Assembly (NCBI GenBank): GCA_030704615.1
Contig: CM060733.1
Span: 60,636,001-60,700,000, forward strand
Origin: Takakia lepidozioides
Taxonomy: Eukaryota > Plantae > Bryophyta
Reading direction: 5' to 3'
Length of the DNA: 64,000 bases
Below, piece by piece: positions 36,975 to 48,626 of this stretch. A model generated the notes under the pieces. It worked only from the letters and a program-made list of their open reading frames with translations, ran no database searches and was not told where the DNA came from. The number at the start of each line of letters is the position of its first letter. The first letter of the stretch is position 1. Made by a program: the position numbers and the translations under genes.

Positions 36975-39795
36975 CTACGCCAGTGAGGAGTCTGCCAGGC
37001 TAACAGTGACCTTCAAGCCATAGCGCATTACCAGCGAAATCATCGTGCGGTAGGTCACAATGTGGCCTGGAACCAAGTGCCAATCGAAGAATCGAACTAT
37101 AAGTGCAGTTGTGAGCTTTATTTGCAAGTAGGATGATTCCTTGCCAAGACACACTCGGGGTCCAGCCTGCACACACAATTGAGCAAAGTATCATACATGT
37201 GCAGAAGCACATTTGACACCGAGTCTACTAGATGCCTGCGAGAAACTGAAATGGTTGTGATTGGATTGAGAATGGGGGTGCTTGCAAGAACCTACTTGGA
37301 AGGCTATGTATTTGAAAGGAGATTCAGGCTGGAAGACCCCATCCTTAATCCACCGTTCAGGCTTGAACTCAGCTGCATCGGGTCCCCATATATACGGCAT
37401 CCGCCCCATGCCGTATGGGTGTAATACAACCATACTGCCCTTGTTGACCTTTGTGCCGTCTGGCAACACATCATCCTTTATAGGTTGTTTCGCATTCTGT
37501 CCACAGTGTAAAACAGACAGGTGAGTGGAGAGGTCTTTTCGATACATGTATACAGTCTGCAAGCACAAAATGTCTTGGACTCATCAAGAATCTCTGATGC
37601 CTTCTTCATTTCCGATTTACAACAAATTTCAGGATGATTCACGAGTTTCCTGAGATTTCTGCAAACAAGTACAGTCATTCAGACTTGAATCTTTTCATTT
37701 GGGCATTGTTAGAATCTAGGAATGCAAGAGAGATCTTGCCAATGGCAAAGGTGGGTAGAGCCGCATGGTCTCCGTTAATGCAGCGTGTAAGTAACTCAGC
37801 GTCGTCAGATTCTCGAATGTTAGGAGCTCAGCAAATGAACGGAAGGATTCTTCCGGTGTCTGATTGCCCTCCTTCCCTGCCAACCATGCGTATGCCACAA
37901 CTGTGAGACCATATCTGGAGTGATTACACCTGCACATGGTATGTGTTGCAACACACGACCACCTCTGGACATAAACCCTTTCGAAGAGCGTCTTCTCTGT
38001 TCTAGTAAAGCTCTTCGGAGTCACAGATATCCACCTGGGAGTATGCTTTCAAGAGCATATCAGCTTCAATTCGTGTCCACGTTCGGACAGCTTCGTGAGA
38101 ACCTTAAAAATGCAAAATCTGGCACCTGAACACACATTTACCTGGCTTTGAGCAACGTTTCTCCAACGAGGAGAGCTCTTCACGAATCTTTGCAGTCACC
38201 TCTGGGTGGCGATACAACATGTAGAATAACCAGCTCAGAGCGCCGGCAGTTGAGTCCCGACCGGCAAGGACGAAGTTGATCATGATATCGCGAAGAGCTC
38301 TGTTGTCGAATCGACTGTCCCCCTCTGTGCTCAGCTTCAGAAATCTTGACAGCAGATCATCCTTCTCCTGCGATGAGCAAACAAACATTGCAGAAGTACT
38401 GGGCCAGTGCGACGTCTTGCATATTTCACGTCGATGCATAGATATCCTTGGACACGAAATTACTGGTAATCTCTTGACAACTCATCTGGATTCAGTTGCA
38501 GTTATCTTTACATGTGCTCAACGGTATGATCCATAACTCCTAGCCGTCGGTGATCAACAACTACACTGAATATGCTGGCCTACCTCATGGACGTGTTCCA
38601 TTCCCTTTCCCTCCGCCCTCACTCTTTGGATAATATCGTAGGCAAATTTGTCGAGTGTTTCGACAGCCTGTTTCATCTTTTTCTCTCGTCCAACTTGGAG
38701 GAACCGCTTCACTTTCCAGAATGGATCCACAAACCGAAGAAAGGAACAGACACTCGCAATTTCGAAGCACTTGGCAATGGGAAGGTCCGGCAGTGACGGC
38801 GACAGACAACCCAGCTCAACACCAAAACCCACCTTCACGGTTGTGTCCATTGTCATCCGCGCCATTACATCCTGTTTCCCAATGAGAGGCCGCACCTGCT
38901 TGTGAGAATTCCATTCCACTCCGGACAGCCCACTGCAAAGAATATAGAAACACAAACATTCCGAACCAGAAACCATCATCATAAACTCTAACGATTGAAT
39001 CTTCAGCGATTGTACCTGCAGATTGATCTGAGATTTGGGTGAGCGGGCTTTCTCGAGCAGTACCGAAGCCAGTCTCACCGCATACTCTCTGAAAACGGTG
39101 GTACTGAAATCGCGCAACCTGGAGGACGCAAACTCAATGGCTGCCAACTTCCGCTGTTGCCGCCAAAACTCTCCATCTACGTTGAAGATGCCGTGTCCAA
39201 AAAAGTCGTAGTTGATGGCACCGACTAGTGGTCCCTTCAGTTCATGACATGCATCCAGATGAGGAAAATCTCGTCAGCTGCATTCCTTGACGTTCTGTAG
39301 CCTACGTTCCTGACATGCATGAATATGTATCTATTACAATTCATCACCGACCGTGCTAATCTATGTATACGAGTAAGTTGGTGCAACGGTCACAATCAAT
39401 GATGAGTAGGGAGGGTGGGCAGGGTAATGCAAGGGGTACGAGTAAACAACCTTGGGATAGTTGTTGAAGTTGGTCTTCATAATGTATTCCATGGCGGCGG
39501 GGTCTACAGTGAACAGTAACTCGTACCCAAATCCAAGCGATACTCGTTGCGTTCCGGCCTTGTACAAGTAGCTGGTAATATGTTCGTGCAGATTCTCCCA
39601 GTTTGCACGAACCTCAAGCAATGATCCAATAAAAGGCCATGTTTTCGGTCCGAGAGAATGTCGTTGCGACCATCGGTACCACCATAGCCAGATGCCCAAA
39701 GCAGCCGCAGTTGTTGTGACTATGCCAATCAGGTCGAGAGTGGAGAGATCCGCGTACCCACGATGGAAAGGCCAGTAGCCGCCTAAAACCTCCAT
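36975..39795 (-). CDS. CYP704: Cytochrome P450, CYP86 clan, CYP704(B)-like fatty-acid omega-hydroxylase, about 543 aa
   Basis: Seven exons 39795-39451, 39234-39016, 38871-38584, 38367-38142, 37900-37740, 37496-37296, 37166-36975 splice in frame (1632 nt). GPKTWP, KTNFNNYPKG, AGRDST, ETMRLYP, FKPERW, FQAGPRVCLG. Confidence 0.92.
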
Positions 39796-41717
39796 TTTAG
39801 AGCTGCACTTGAGTGGGTTGTTATAACTAGAACGATCAAGAATCTGAATGTGTTGTCAATCTGGCGCGATTCTCTCTGTATATTAATCAGTTCCTTCAAG
39901 AGCAATGACATGCATGCAATGGAGCCGGCTGGAGAAACTCGTCTCTCTACGTGAACGTCCTACTGGACGGAGTCTAATCTCTTTCCTCAGATGGGCTTCC
40001 GATCCTCTTTCTCGCTCTGATCGATCCTCTCTAAGGCACTCTAGCTCGGTAGCTAAAGATTCACGCCGACACAAACTTTCGGTAACTTTCTAATTAATAA
40101 GCAGCCTGCACTTGGAACGAGTTTGAGTTCCTTATATAGATTTTCCTGCAGGCACCAAATCCATTCCACAGCAGCCATTGAGAATTTCCAGATTTCTCCT
40201 TGAAGTAAACTAAGTCAACCACGAAATCACAACAAGCGTAACCACTAGGAGATTTACTTATGGATCATTATGAAACTTGTACATCCCTGGTTTCTGAGAT
40301 GTGCTGGACGAGGTACGAGTCTTCTAGAATTGGTGAACCTCCCTACAAAAGCATATTATACTGCTCGAGCCAATCCTAGACTAATCAATAAACCCCATAC
40401 TTCGACATCACCACATACATTGCAAGTTCTCTCAAGAGCTGCACACGGAACCCACAAATTTTGTCATTGGTACGGTTGGGTGCACCTACACACATTGCAC
40501 AGACAATGTCACTCCCACCTCACGATAATCCTGCATGGCGCGGTCGTCCTTCTGGCCGTCCAAGCTCCAGGTACACCGCAGATCATCAAGCATAGAAAAA
40601 TACGACACCTTGTCGTGGAATTTTTCATTCACATCACTAGTACTGCTTCCATCAGTACCGGTACGTTCTTGAAAGCCTCTCTTTCAATGACCATCTAGCC
40701 AAACGTATCCACCCTCACCACAAGCACGGTCATATTCTTTCGCCATATCTTCTCCCCATCCTCGTCTCCTGTCGCTCTTTGTGTGACCCAAGTGCGAGTA
40801 GCGCTTAGTACAGTAAGCGCCATTCCCTCCACAGCTTAGCTGACGCTGGCTCTGCGGCAGATTACGTTGGAGTAATTCTAATCCTGCTACTCTGTCCTCA
40901 TATAGTCTGACCCCCGACAAGGCCAGAATTTCGAGCCAAAGCAAATTAGGACTCGAGGCACACATGTGTCAGATCCTAGTATCCGGTGCAAATAAAGTCG
41001 ACCCCTGTGGCCTTCATCATGACCTCAACTCATTTGCTTGCCCGCACTGACATCTGAAAAAGCCTTTGGCACGATCACACCCCCATAATGCATCAGCCAT
41101 GTACCCCCTAACTCTCTTGATGAGTGACAACCGTAAAGGAAACCTGCACTACCGACTCTCCTCACCCAGCAGCCTACATGTGTCTTCAAGTTTTGATTAT
41201 TCTGCTCCTGCACAACTACACACGAGTCTTGCTTTGCAACTCGCCCGCTCCTCTTGTGTTGGATCTTTGTCTTCGCTTAACAATTAGGCTTATATCACTA
41301 CTGGGTCTTTGATCAGAGGGAGGCTAAGCTACAAACAAATAATGTTGATAAAACTGAAGAACTAACAAATAACGAAGAACATCGACAAGAAGAAGAAGAT
41401 GATCAATATGTTTGCCCCATTTTTGCAAAACAACACAAGTGCCTGTTGACGCATCAGGGCTCAGTCTCCTTCCTTTTGAAGAGGTAATTTTGTAACACTT
41501 GCTCCTTTAAGGGAAAAAAAAAACACTTGCAATCTGGTCATGTAATTTTGGGATGACTCATACACTCCAAATATACCCCAAGTATATTTGGGTACACTAT
41601 CATGGACTACATGTTATACACCTTCCATGAATCCATATGACCACTTTTGCTATAGCAACTTTGCCCCACTTGATGCAATGACATGTTGCTACTTAGCTTA
41701 CCATACTACATATCCAA

Positions 41718-41959
41718 TTTTATATATTTTAATTTTAATTTTAACTCTATTTTAGAGGAAACCTGGGAGCCACTGCTCACAGTTCAGGCCGCCCTCAGTT
41801 GAGGAAGGGGGGAATTTTAACCCCCTTTCATATAAGCTGGACACACAAGAGGTAATGTCACCTAAGTTGAGACCCACAGGACATGAAACAGAGTAGCAGG
41901 ATTTTACCCTGAATCACCAGGGTGACACTGAGTGCACTTTCCACCTGAGCTACCAGCTG
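41718..41959 (-). mobile_element. tRNA-derived SINE, second copy
   Basis: GGTAGCTCAGGTGG A box, GGTAAAATCCTGCTAC, shared 3' body GCTCCCAGGT, A-rich tail. Confidence 0.7.
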
Positions 41960-42113
41960 CAGGTTCATCATAGTTAACATTTTATCTATTGTATTTTTAT
42001 TTTTATCTTTATGTTTGAAAAGGGAGTGGACACTGGACACGTGGACAAGAATGGACAGAAAGGAAAAAATAACCTTTGGAGGGTGCCATGTTTATATTTA
42101 TTGGCTTTGTCCA

Positions 42114-42601
42114 TGTAAGACCAATTTCTCTACCCGGGGGATATTCTCTTTTCCTGTGTGAGCTTGGGCGCTAAAGTGGGGAAGTAGCCAGTAAAGCACG
42201 CCAAGCTAGATGGGAAGGATCTCTCGCTAGAGGAGCCTCACAGGTGGGCCAATCAAATCACATGTAGGGGTATCAAGTGCAAATCATCCAAACCCATGCA
42301 CATCCAAGTACACTGTCCTGATCACCCAAAACATCCCGCGTTTGGCATAAGCCATCCGCTTTTTATATTAAGAAAATGGCTAATATGGAATGGCAAATGG
42401 TGGCCTCTTATTGGCTGCCAGGATTTCTTTAAGTTTCTTCCACACATCAGCAGCCACCCTGTCAGATTAGGTTACTGTTGGAATGAGACAAGGGCCTTGG
42501 CTAACTTTAGGTACATTTAATCAGCCATACAAACCACCCTACTTTTCATCCAGCTTACGAACAGAAGAGCATCTGTAATAGGTGGAATACTCCATCTTAC
42601 A
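42114..42601 (-). repeat. Gypsy-2 3' LTR
   Basis: TGTAAGA...TCTTACA perfect terminal inverted repeat; 42161-42600 matches 47506-47946. Confidence 0.88.
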
Positions 42602-45413
42602 TATGTAAGACCCGCCCACGCCAATAGGAGTGAGCTCCAACGAGCTTCGGCAATTGTACCAAAGCAAGGCCTACCAAGCCAAATACAATTTCAAAAAGAA
42701 AGACTAGGCATCCGATATGAGAGGGATGAAAAAACCTCTGGGGGCAAACCTTACCCTGCAAAGTGGGTGAAGGATAAAACCCCCAACAAGAAAAACCCCA
42801 ATCCATACAATTGATGCAAGCTCATAAGAGCAGTTTTGTAGCTCTCATCTGTCTCACAATCACATGTCTATGCAAAAAGACTAAAGCTAGCTGGTGAAAT
42901 TAAGCCAAGCCAACAAAGCTGATGCAGCTCCACCACTGCACATAGCCAAGTTTTAAAAAGCAGAAAGCATGAATTCATGATCTGCACTCGTGCAGCACGG
43001 CCAGGGGTTAGAACAACACGACGGCCCTCTACGTTAATACAAGTGAGATCAAAAACTAGTTTGCAATGCACAAGAGAATCAAGGTGGACAGTGTGGGAAA
43101 GAGGAGGAACAGAGGTATGTTGAGGGAGCAGCCGATACTATCTCCCCCGCAAGACTTCCATGATAAGATATGGGCCCTCGATACGTTTGGTAGCATTGGA
43201 AATGATCTTCCCTTGCTGAAGCCGCACACACACAGATTGACCCTGCAGAAATTCTTCGGAATAGCACACACGCCGGTTATAATTGCGAGCCTGAATCACC
43301 TGAGCTTTAGCTATGTTGGTTTTAGCATAGGATATTAATTTTTGTCTCTTAGCACTCATCTCAACCAAGAATGCATCCCAATCAACAGGGTCAGTACTGT
43401 CAGGAATCAGCGGAGTGTCATGCAAAGGGCTGCGAGCAAGTCTGCCATATACTAGCTCAAAGGGAGTATACCAGGTACTTGCATGAACTGAAGCTCTATA
43501 AGCGAAAATCAAAACTGGAAGAGCCACATCCCAATCACCCAACAGAGAACCATTCTTCTCCATCATGGAACACATGGTCTTATTGAATCGCTCAGTCAGA
43601 CCGTTGCACCGGGGATGATAAGGCGTCGTGGTTCGATGCTTTACCCCAAGATTGAAGCATTCACTTGCATTAACTGGTTGCAGAACTCTGTACCCTGATC
43701 TGTAAGTATCTCAAGAGGACATGTGTGCCTGAGAATGATTTCATCAAAGAAAAACTGTGCGACTACATCTGCATCCTTCTCGGCCAAAGGCAGGACCTCC
43801 ACCCATTTAGAGAGGTAGTCCGTTGCTACGGCTATGTAGGAGTGGCCCTTCTCTGTGAGTTTAAGAGGTCCAACAAGATCTAAGCCCACCCTATCAAAGA
43901 GACCAGTGACAGGTATAGGCTGCATGGGTAATGAAGCGCGAGCCCGAGGAAGCAATGTCTTGGCATGACATTCAACACAATGAGAAACAAAGGAGGCAAC
44001 GTCCTGATGCATACCCTTCCAGGAATACTGTTCTTGCAAACGTTTGACAGTTTTTGTCACGCTAAGGTGACCAGCAAAAGGTGAGGCGTGATAAAATAAT
44101 ATAATCCTGCATCGCATCTGAATCAAGCTTACATATGAAGGTAGGCTGGGCATGAAGTACAGGTCCTAAGGGAAGTATCCATAAGAAACATGTGGCCATG
44201 AAGAAGAAGAAGGGTACAACTGTAGTAACCAGGCAGCATTGATTAAGCAAATAGGATTAGGCCAGACACGCAAATACCAAAGTAACCATCTCAATGAACA
44301 TCAAAAGTGATGAGATCCCCTGCAGGTTTAACGGCATAAGGCAGCTCATCCATCAAGCTCAAAAAGGATGCATGTAGATGTAAATCAGGCAATGAACGAT
44401 CAGGATTCTGCATACGAGCCAAATCATCCAGAGTCGTGTAAGGAACAGGGGTCTTGGTCTTTCCCCTAGTAAGTGCATCAGCGTTGCCGTTTTCTTTCCC
44501 CTTCTTGTAAACTATATCATATTCAAAACCCTGTAGAAGCAAAGACCATCTAGCAAGCCTGCCAGATAATTCACGAGGAGTTTTAAGGGCCTTGAGAGGG
44601 AGATGATCGGTCTCCACGGTGAAATAACAACCATGCAGGTACTGCCTGAAGTGTTTCACCCCAAATGACAGCCAACCCCTCATTGTCAGTAATACTATAA
44701 TTTTCTTCATGTTTATCAAGTCGCCTAGATGCGTAAGCAACGACATGTTCTCTACCATCTCGCACTTGGCTAAGAATTGCAGAAACAGCCATGTCACTGG
44801 CATCTGTTTGCAAAAGAAAAGGAAGGGAGAAGTCTGGAAAAACCAGCACTGGAGCAGTTGTGAGGGCTATCTTCAGCTCTTCAAAGGCCTTGGTCTCTGG
44901 TATGCCCCAATGAAATCGAACATCCTTGCATAGAAGTCTGAACAATGGTCTTGCCATGTTAGCAAAATGGAGGATAAAACGTCTATAATAGGAGGCAAGT
45001 CCAAGAAAGGCACAGACACAATGTTTGTCACGAGGAAGAGGGAAGTTCCATACTGCCTGGATTTTGCTAAAATCAGGTTTGATGCCTTCCCCACAAAGGA
45101 TGTGACCAAGAAATTTAAGTTCTGCCATGTAGAAATCGCACTTTTTGGCCTTAACCTTGAGGCCTGCAGCTCTGAGACGACACAATACACGCTGCAGGTC
45201 AATGAGGTGAGAATCGAAATTAGCAGAATAAACATTTATGTCATCAATGTATACTAATGCACATTCCCATCTCAGATTGCCAAGAACCACATCTATAAGC
45301 CTTTGGAATGTTGCTATGGCATTACAGAGACCAAATGGCATGGTTTTGTATTGATACATGCCATATCTGCATGTAAAGGCCGTTTTCTCTTTAGATGCTT
45401 CTGTCAAAGGGAC

Positions 45414-46829
45414 CTACCAAAAGCCAGAATCTAGGTCAAGTGAAGAGAAAATTGTGGCTCCACTAAGCTGATCCAGGGTCTCGTTAATTCTTGGTAAAGG
45501 ATATACATCCTTCTTAGACATGGAATTGAGTCGTCTGAAGTCAACACAAAACTTGGTGGAACCATCCTTTTTGGCTACTAACACGATAGGACTAGCCCAA
45601 AGTGACACAGAAGGGCGAATGACACCAGCATTCAATGTTTTCTTAATTTCTTCCTGAACCACTGCTCTCTCACGAACTGACTCGCGATAGGCATATTGTT
45701 TGACTGGATTCCCATCAGTGACAATCTCATGATTCAAAATACTGGTCCGACCAAGATCATGAGATCCTCTACTGAACACAGACAGGTTTCTTCGAATCAA
45801 AGCATGTAACTTAGCCAATTGAACCTGAGTTATATCACCCACCTGGATCTCGGCCAACACTTGAGCAAAGTACTCCTCTTGCTCGGTGGTGAGAATATTG
45901 TCATTACTGACTGTAGCAATGTTGGTCATGGCAATTAGGTTGTCCACAGGGCTGTCTACAAGTCCAATATCATGAAAATTGAGAGCAGGCTCTACAGATT
46001 GAATTTCAGTCAAAGGCAAGGCAGTGAGTCTAGCCATAACTTGTCCCTTCTTGATTGTGACCATCAAACGCTCAGGATTAGCAAGGAGTAATCGGATTTC
46101 TCCTCTGTACCCCCTGTCCAAAACCCCAAAAGCCACCAAGCAGTGTTTCTGCAAAGATAATTTCTTCCAGCCTTCTACTTCCATGTACATGTCTTTGGGG
46201 CAAATAAAAGCCAGACCTGTGGGGGCCAAGATTTGTGACATTGCAGGCAAATCAATATCATGAGGAGCCCTCAAAAGTACGGAATTATTGGGAACTGGAA
46301 AAGGGGCTCCAGTCTTCTTACCTGGTTCAGGCAAATGCCATTGAAAAAGGGTGGTGACTGACTTATTGTTAAAATTAAAGAATCTGGTCCAGTTGTATGT
46401 GTTACCAGCTCTTTGGCGTACTTCGTGAGCAGCAGCCTGCATCTGAATAAGATGCCGAGTGGAACTCCCAGCCATAATAGGGGCAAAGTTCAGGTTGACT
46501 TTATGCCTTGTACCATTGCCACCACTCAAGGTCATGACATTCGTATGTAAGTTGATTTCTGCCCTGGCTTCCCGCATCCAATCCAAGCCAATTAGAAATT
46601 GCTCTCCCATAGTGACAATTCCAGTCACTATGACCACCATACTAGCAATTCCAATAGGCAAGGTTACAAGCCCTAACGGCTCATATTTGGTACCATCAGC
46701 TATAGTAACATCCACCCCTTTGGCAGGCACTAATTTTAATCCCAACACTTGGACAACATGTAAGGGAACAGGAGAGACTGTGCATCCAGTGTCAACAATG
46801 CACGAAAAAGACAAATGCCCTACATGCAT
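45414..46829 (-). CDS. Gypsy-2 pol segment: protease, dUTPase-like domain, start of RT
   Basis: 471-aa ORF with DTG protease, dUTPase motif 3 GVLDRGYRGEI, and [25 protein letters not shown]. Confidence 0.88.
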   Translation of the reverse strand: MHVGHLSFSCIVDTGCTVSPVPLHVVQVLGLKLVPAKGVDVTIADGTKYEPLGLVTLPIGIASMVVIVTGIVTMGEQFLIGLDWMREARAEINLHTNVMTLSGGNGTRHKVNLNFAPIMAGSSTRHLIQMQAAAHEVRQRAGNTYNWTRFFNFNNKSVTTLFQWHLPEPGKKTGAPFPVPNNSVLLRAPHDIDLPAMSQILAPTGLAFICPKDMYMEVEGWKKLSLQKHCLVAFGVLDRGYRGEIRLLLANPERLMVTIKKGQVMARLTALPLTEIQSVEPALNFHDIGLVDSPVDNLIAMTNIATVSNDNILTTEQEEYFAQVLAEIQVGDITQVQLAKLHALIRRNLSVFSRGSHDLGRTSILNHEIVTDGNPVKQYAYRESVRERAVVQEEIKKTLNAGVIRPSVSLWASPIVLVAKKDGSTKFCVDFRRLNSMSKKDVYPLPRINETLDQLSGATIFSSLDLDSGFW

Positions 46830-47505
46830 TGAGTAAGTAGTGGGTGTATCCGAACTTTCTTCCTGGGTTTAATCACTTCTGTATGTAACAACTTGAAAGT
46901 ATCAGAAACAAGAACAGTAGTTAGGGGTTTAGAAGGTTTAATTCCACGATCACCTGTCCCTTCATTCACAGGTAACCCTATTCGTTTAAACGAGCCTTAC
47001 CCTTCTTTTCTTTCTCTTTTTTCAAAGGTTTCAATCATCCTGGCAAATCTTCATGGTAAGGACAAAACCTGGTGACATGATCCTTGCTTTTGCAGATGTA
47101 ACATGCTGCATGGCTTTGATGACTAGCACCGGTATTAGTACGTCCCCTGTTGCCACCACTCGGGTTGGAATTTGAGGGGGCCCGCCAACGAGCATCAGCC
47201 TTAAAGACTTGTAATTCAAGTCTGACTGTTTCCCGCACATTTCGTACAACTGCAGGAAGAAGCTCCATAGCATAGGAAAAGAGAATATCCCCCGGGTAAA
47301 GAAATTTGGTTGAGATGGGGGGCATTCTAAACTAATGTGCCTGACGGTGTTTTGGCGGGATGGCTTCGTAGGTTCGGCTGGTCGTACGTATTGAAGATCT
47401 AGTGCAATGGCGGCGTTCATCATGCTATACTCTCTATTCACCCGTCACCTTGTAGCTCTCGTTTTAGTTGTGTTTTGTTGTGCAGTGAGCAAGTGCAATG
47501 GCGGC

Positions 47506-47946
47506 AGCTTGGGCGCTAAAGCGGGGAAGTAGCCAGTAAAGCACGCCACGCTAGATGGGAAGGATCTCTCGCTAGAGGAGCCTCACAGGTGGGCCAATCA
47601 AATCACATGCAAGGGTATCAAGTGCAAATCATCCAAACGCCAGGCACATCCAAGTACACTGTCCTGATCACCCACAATATCCCGCGTTTGGTATAAACCA
47701 TCCGCTTTTTATATTAAGAAAATGGCTAATCTGGAATGGCAAATGGTGGCCTCTTATTGGCTGCCAGGCTTTCTTTAAGTTTCTTCCACACATCAGCAGC
47801 CACCCTGTCAGATTAGGTTACTGTTGGAATGAGACAAAGGCCTTGGCTAACTTTAGGTACATTTAATCAGCCATATCAACCACCCTACTTTTCATCCAGC
47901 TTACGAACGGAAGAGCATCTGTAATAGGTGGAATACTCCATCTTAC
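47506..47946 (-). repeat. Gypsy-2 5' LTR, U5 end truncated
   Basis: Direct repeat of 42161-42600 with roughly 15-20 differences by eye. Confidence 0.9.
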
Positions 47947-48270
47947 GTCCCGCAAGGGATAGAGGCATTGTGGAGACATCTTGCCTAGGCGGAGAACTAG
48001 GCTTATCCATTAAGCCTAGTCCACGAAGGGTTGATGGGCATCATTCATGAAGCCGTGGAAAAAGTATTAAACAACAACCCCAATCACCAAAGGAAATAGC
48101 AAAGACACAGTCTCTTGTGGTGAAACATGATGGTCAGGAGGTGGTTTTTCTGCCATTTTTGCCCCTCCCTTAAGATGGCAGAATAGTCGAGTCGGTAGCA
48201 GAATGCTCGAGTGGGTAGCAGAATGCCCGAGTAGGTCGTAGAACGCCCCCAGCAGGTCGCAGAATGCACG

Positions 48271-48626
48271 TAGGGTAGAACACCCTATGACCGTTCATCT
48301 AAAGATGGCGGAAGATCTAACTGTGAATTTTTGTCGTTTTTACCCCGGATAAATTGATAAGATGCCCCACATCTGGGGCATCCCAACACATTTGGAAGTG
48401 CATGATTTCATGAAATCTACACAAAGTTATGGGGATTCAAAGTTGAACCAATCCGAATGCTTGTGTGAAGTTTGAGCCCTATGACCACTCATATTTCTTG
48501 GGGGGTTCTATCAAACAACTGTTTGCCAAGTGGCAAAAATGAGCAGTCTTGGGCCCAGCCATGGTCGCTCATGCAGGCCTGACCCAAGCAATTATGAGGT
48601 GAACGGTCATAGGGTGTTTTACCCTA
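48271..48626. mobile_element. MITE with about 30-bp TIRs
   Basis: TAGGGTAGAACACCCTATGACCGTTCATCT ... AGGTGAACGGTCATAGGGTGTTTTACCCTA; terminal TA may be the TSD; sits in a 20-bp GCAGAATGC minisatellite (48177-48270, resumes 48627). Confidence 0.85.

Larger units (their letters stand above)
36388..40737 (-). repeat. Right arm of inverted segmental duplication
   Basis: Reverse complement of 5468-9673 plus a SINE insertion. Confidence 0.95.
42114..47946 (-). mobile_element. Gypsy-2 LTR retrotransposon: gag remnant-PR-dUTPase-RT-RH-INT, degenerate
   Basis: Two similar LTRs; flanks gtcca/gtccc; CYICKSKDHVTRFC knuckle, VDTGC, GVLDRGYRGEI, YIDD, TDA, HHCC, DLVGP/TDQGTEF/ERFN, GPY. Most of gag and the PBS deleted. 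Confidence 0.93.

Noticed and set aside
41890-41959. Functional tRNA gene (also 36525-36595)
   Set aside because: Degenerate B box/T-loop, no clean cloverleaf, followed by a shared body and A tail: SINE head.
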